64,000 bases of DNA from Macrostomum hystrix (Eukaryota; Animalia; Platyhelminthes). The notes beneath the pieces are model-generated. The model was not told the origin of the DNA and searched no databases. It worked only from the letters and a program-made list of their open reading frames with translations. A program made the position numbers and the translations under genes. Of the stretch, positions 61,810-64,000 are shown one piece after another; the stretch's first letter is position 1, and every line of letters begins with the position of its first letter. Location of the stretch: positions 124,001-188,000 of the forward strand of contig CATNEN010000019.1 in NCBI GenBank assembly GCA_950097015.1, given 5' to 3'.

Positions 61810-62110
61810 AGGTGGCTGGCATCAACCTGGAGACTCCTTGCTTCTCGCATGGGCAGCTTTATGTCGCCTGCTCCCGTGTTGGAACTCCAGCTGGCCTATT
61901 CATTTTCGCACCAAGGGGAAGAACGAAGAATGTGGTGTATCCCCAGGCCTTGAGGTGACTGGCAAGCAATTAATAGAAAAGTAGTCACGAATTGACCTTG
62001 ACCTGTCTAACTCTGAACTCTGAAACAGTTTAATTTTGTTTCTTTGACATTGTTATTGTTATGCCATGGCTATTTTCCTTATGTATACAGGTGTACATGC
62101 ATACTGTATA

Positions 62111-62272
62111 CAGAGGCAGATTTAGGGGGGGGGCAAGGGGGCAGTCGCCCCCCTAAATTTTAATCATGGGAATAAGATGCCCCCACCAGGGGCGCCAGTC
62201 GCAGCACTGGCGCCCCTTTTCGGCCGCTGGCGCCCCTTTTTCAGCCGCTGGCTCCCATTTTTCCTGCCACTG
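62111..62272. mobile_element. Internally deleted copy of the hAT-like MITE inside Helitron B
   Basis: Same TSD (ACTGTATA on this strand) and same position within the Helitron as 15772..16044. Confidence 0.85.
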
Positions 62273-62929
62273 ACTGTATAGAGGAGTGGCTAAGAGACAT
62301 GTTTCTAAAGAAGTAATCAAGAGGGGGCTGTTTGGACAAACTTTTCACTTATTTTTTACTTAAAACACCCTTAAACAAACTCTTCACTTTTCATTAATGC
62401 AGTAAATAAATAAATAGTGACCTTCACTATAAAGTTAATACAGAGACGTGAATTGCTGACTGCTTTGCTTTAAATTTCTGCCCCAAAAACAACAGGCAAA
62501 AAAAGCTAGTGAGATTATATTTCAAAGCAGCCAAGACTGATATTAGATAAAGACTGCTGAGCTGCATTTGCTAATATTTTCAGTTTTCAGATTATCAGTT
62601 AACAGCATAACTATTTTCACAAATTTGCTTTGAAATTAGGGTTATACTGCTTTTAAGGTATGGCTAAGCTGCTTTGAGATTCTCACAAAGGGCAATAATT
62701 TCATGGATAAACAACTTTAGGAATTTTTTAATGCAGAAAGATGATCATACAAATCTGCTACATATGAGTAGGCTACTGTTATTACTTCTTTTCTCTTTCC
62801 ATATGTGTAGGTTTTGCTTAACTGGTTAAGTTTTTAAGTTCTTATGATTTTAATGCTTGTAGGGTTTGCAATACTCAGATCATAGAGCCAAATCCTGCAA
62901 TCATTGGGCCATATTCAAGGATTTGAATC

Positions 62930-63020
62930 CAAATCCAGAGTTTGAATCATGGCAAAACCAGAGTTTGAATCATGGCAAAACCAGAGTGTGAATCATGGCT
63001 AAAACAGAATTTGAATCAAT
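62930..63020. repeat. 23-bp tandem repeat (about 3 units)
   Basis: Unit TTTGAATCATGGCAAAACCAGAG. Confidence 0.8.
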
Positions 63021-63164
63021 TTTTCTTTTGACATTGATTTGAATTCTCTACATTTTGATTTTGTTATCCTATAACGTCATAATGATATATATTTATATAT
63101 CATAATAATTTTGCTTAATATATTTATTTGTTGTTCTTCTCAATTTTCTACAAAAGCAGCTCGG

Positions 63165-63610
63165 GAACATTGTCAACTGGGGAACATTGTCAACAGGGGA
63201 TCATTGTCAACTAGGTGATCATCATCAACTGGGTGATCATCAACTGGGGGATAATTGTCAACTGGGGGATCATTATCAACAGGGGATCATTGTCAACTAG
63301 GTGATCATCATCAACTGGGTGATCATTGTCAACTGGGGGTTTATTGTCAACTGGGGGATCATCATCAAATGTATCATTGTCAACTGGGTGATCATCATCA
63401 ACTGGGGGATCATCATTAATGGGGAGTCATCATCAAATGGGGTATCATCATCAGTGGGGAGTCATCATCAAATGGGGGATCATTGTCAACTGGGGGATCA
63501 TTGTCAACTGGTCTTGCGATGATGACTTATTCATCACCCAATGATCAAATTGGGTGATCATTGTCAACTTGGTGATCATCATCAACTGGGTGATTATTGT
63601 CAACTGGGTC
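63165..63610. repeat. Degenerate minisatellite with units of about 16-19 bp
   Basis: Variants of GGGGATCATTGTCAACTG and GGTGATCATCATCAACTG. Confidence 0.9.
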
Positions 63611-64000
63611 ATATATGCGCAACCTCCCAAATCTTAGCCGGCCGTGCGACTTAGTTTTTGCTCTAGTTATGACTTAGTTTGTTTCATTGCTCTATTTGCG
63701 ACTTAGTTTGCTCTCATTTGCTATCTTTTTCTCTCCCTTCTTTCCTTTTCTTCACGCCTTCCTTTTTTGTCCCTTGGTCCCCCCTTTGATTTTTTTGCGC
63801 TTGGTTGATTGGTTTTTGCGACTTACCTTGCTTGGCCCTCGCTTCACCCGGCCGGGTTGGCCGGGTTGGCCGGGTGTTGCGCATGTATGAACTGGGTGAT
63901 CATTGTAGCTTTAAAAAGCTGAAAATACAGCTGGTAAAAAGTATATACTAGACGAATTAAAATTATTTCTGCTCCCTGAAGGTCTGCTTATATACTAAAA

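Larger units (their letters stand above)
59847..62509 (+). mobile_element. Non-autonomous Helitron copy B (5' end plus Rep N-terminus, fused to the helicase tail)
   Basis: A|TCTATATATATAAAAG start; hairpin plus CTAG|T end; deletion junction near 61780. Confidence 0.93.

Noticed and set aside
63301-63522. 73-aa Ile/Val/Trp-rich ORF
   Set aside because: It is a translation of the minisatellite.
1-64000. Stand-alone tRNA, rRNA, snRNA or SL RNA genes
   Set aside because: None recognised by eye; the only B-box-like motif belongs to a SINE. tRNAscan or Infernal would be needed to exclude them.

Overview
Eukaryotic invertebrate genomic DNA with AT-rich introns and GC-rich, intron-poor exons. A free-living flatworm such as Macrostomum is inferred, not proven. 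Host genes: COG8 (+, 3 exons), a DM9-repeat gene (-, interrupted), a secreted Ig/LDLa perlecan-like gene (-, 12 exons), and a tight minus-strand trio PSMC1-GPN1-KLHL2/3 (kelch). The centrepiece is a near-complete 14.9-kb Maverick/Polinton (adintovirus-type endogenous virus) at 21151..36087. It has AGTAGT termini, about 850-bp TIRs and a 6-bp TSD, and carries pPolB, integrase, adenain, packaging ATPase, major and minor capsid, parvovirus-like PLA2, a GasderminX-like protein and an adenovirus pX-like protein. It landed exactly in the splice donor of the DM9 gene. Its terminus offers replacement GT donors that, together with a nearby 25-nt exonic insertion, would restore the reading frame if the whole virus is spliced out. 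Other mobile DNA: a Ty3/Gypsy element, a P element (82-bp TIR, 8-bp TSD), a Crypton-type tyrosine recombinase, Tc1 and mariner relics, two inverted Helitron deletion derivatives, hAT MITEs, a tRNA-SINE, an RTE-type LINE and a solo LTR. All calls come from manual motif recognition; no searches were run.
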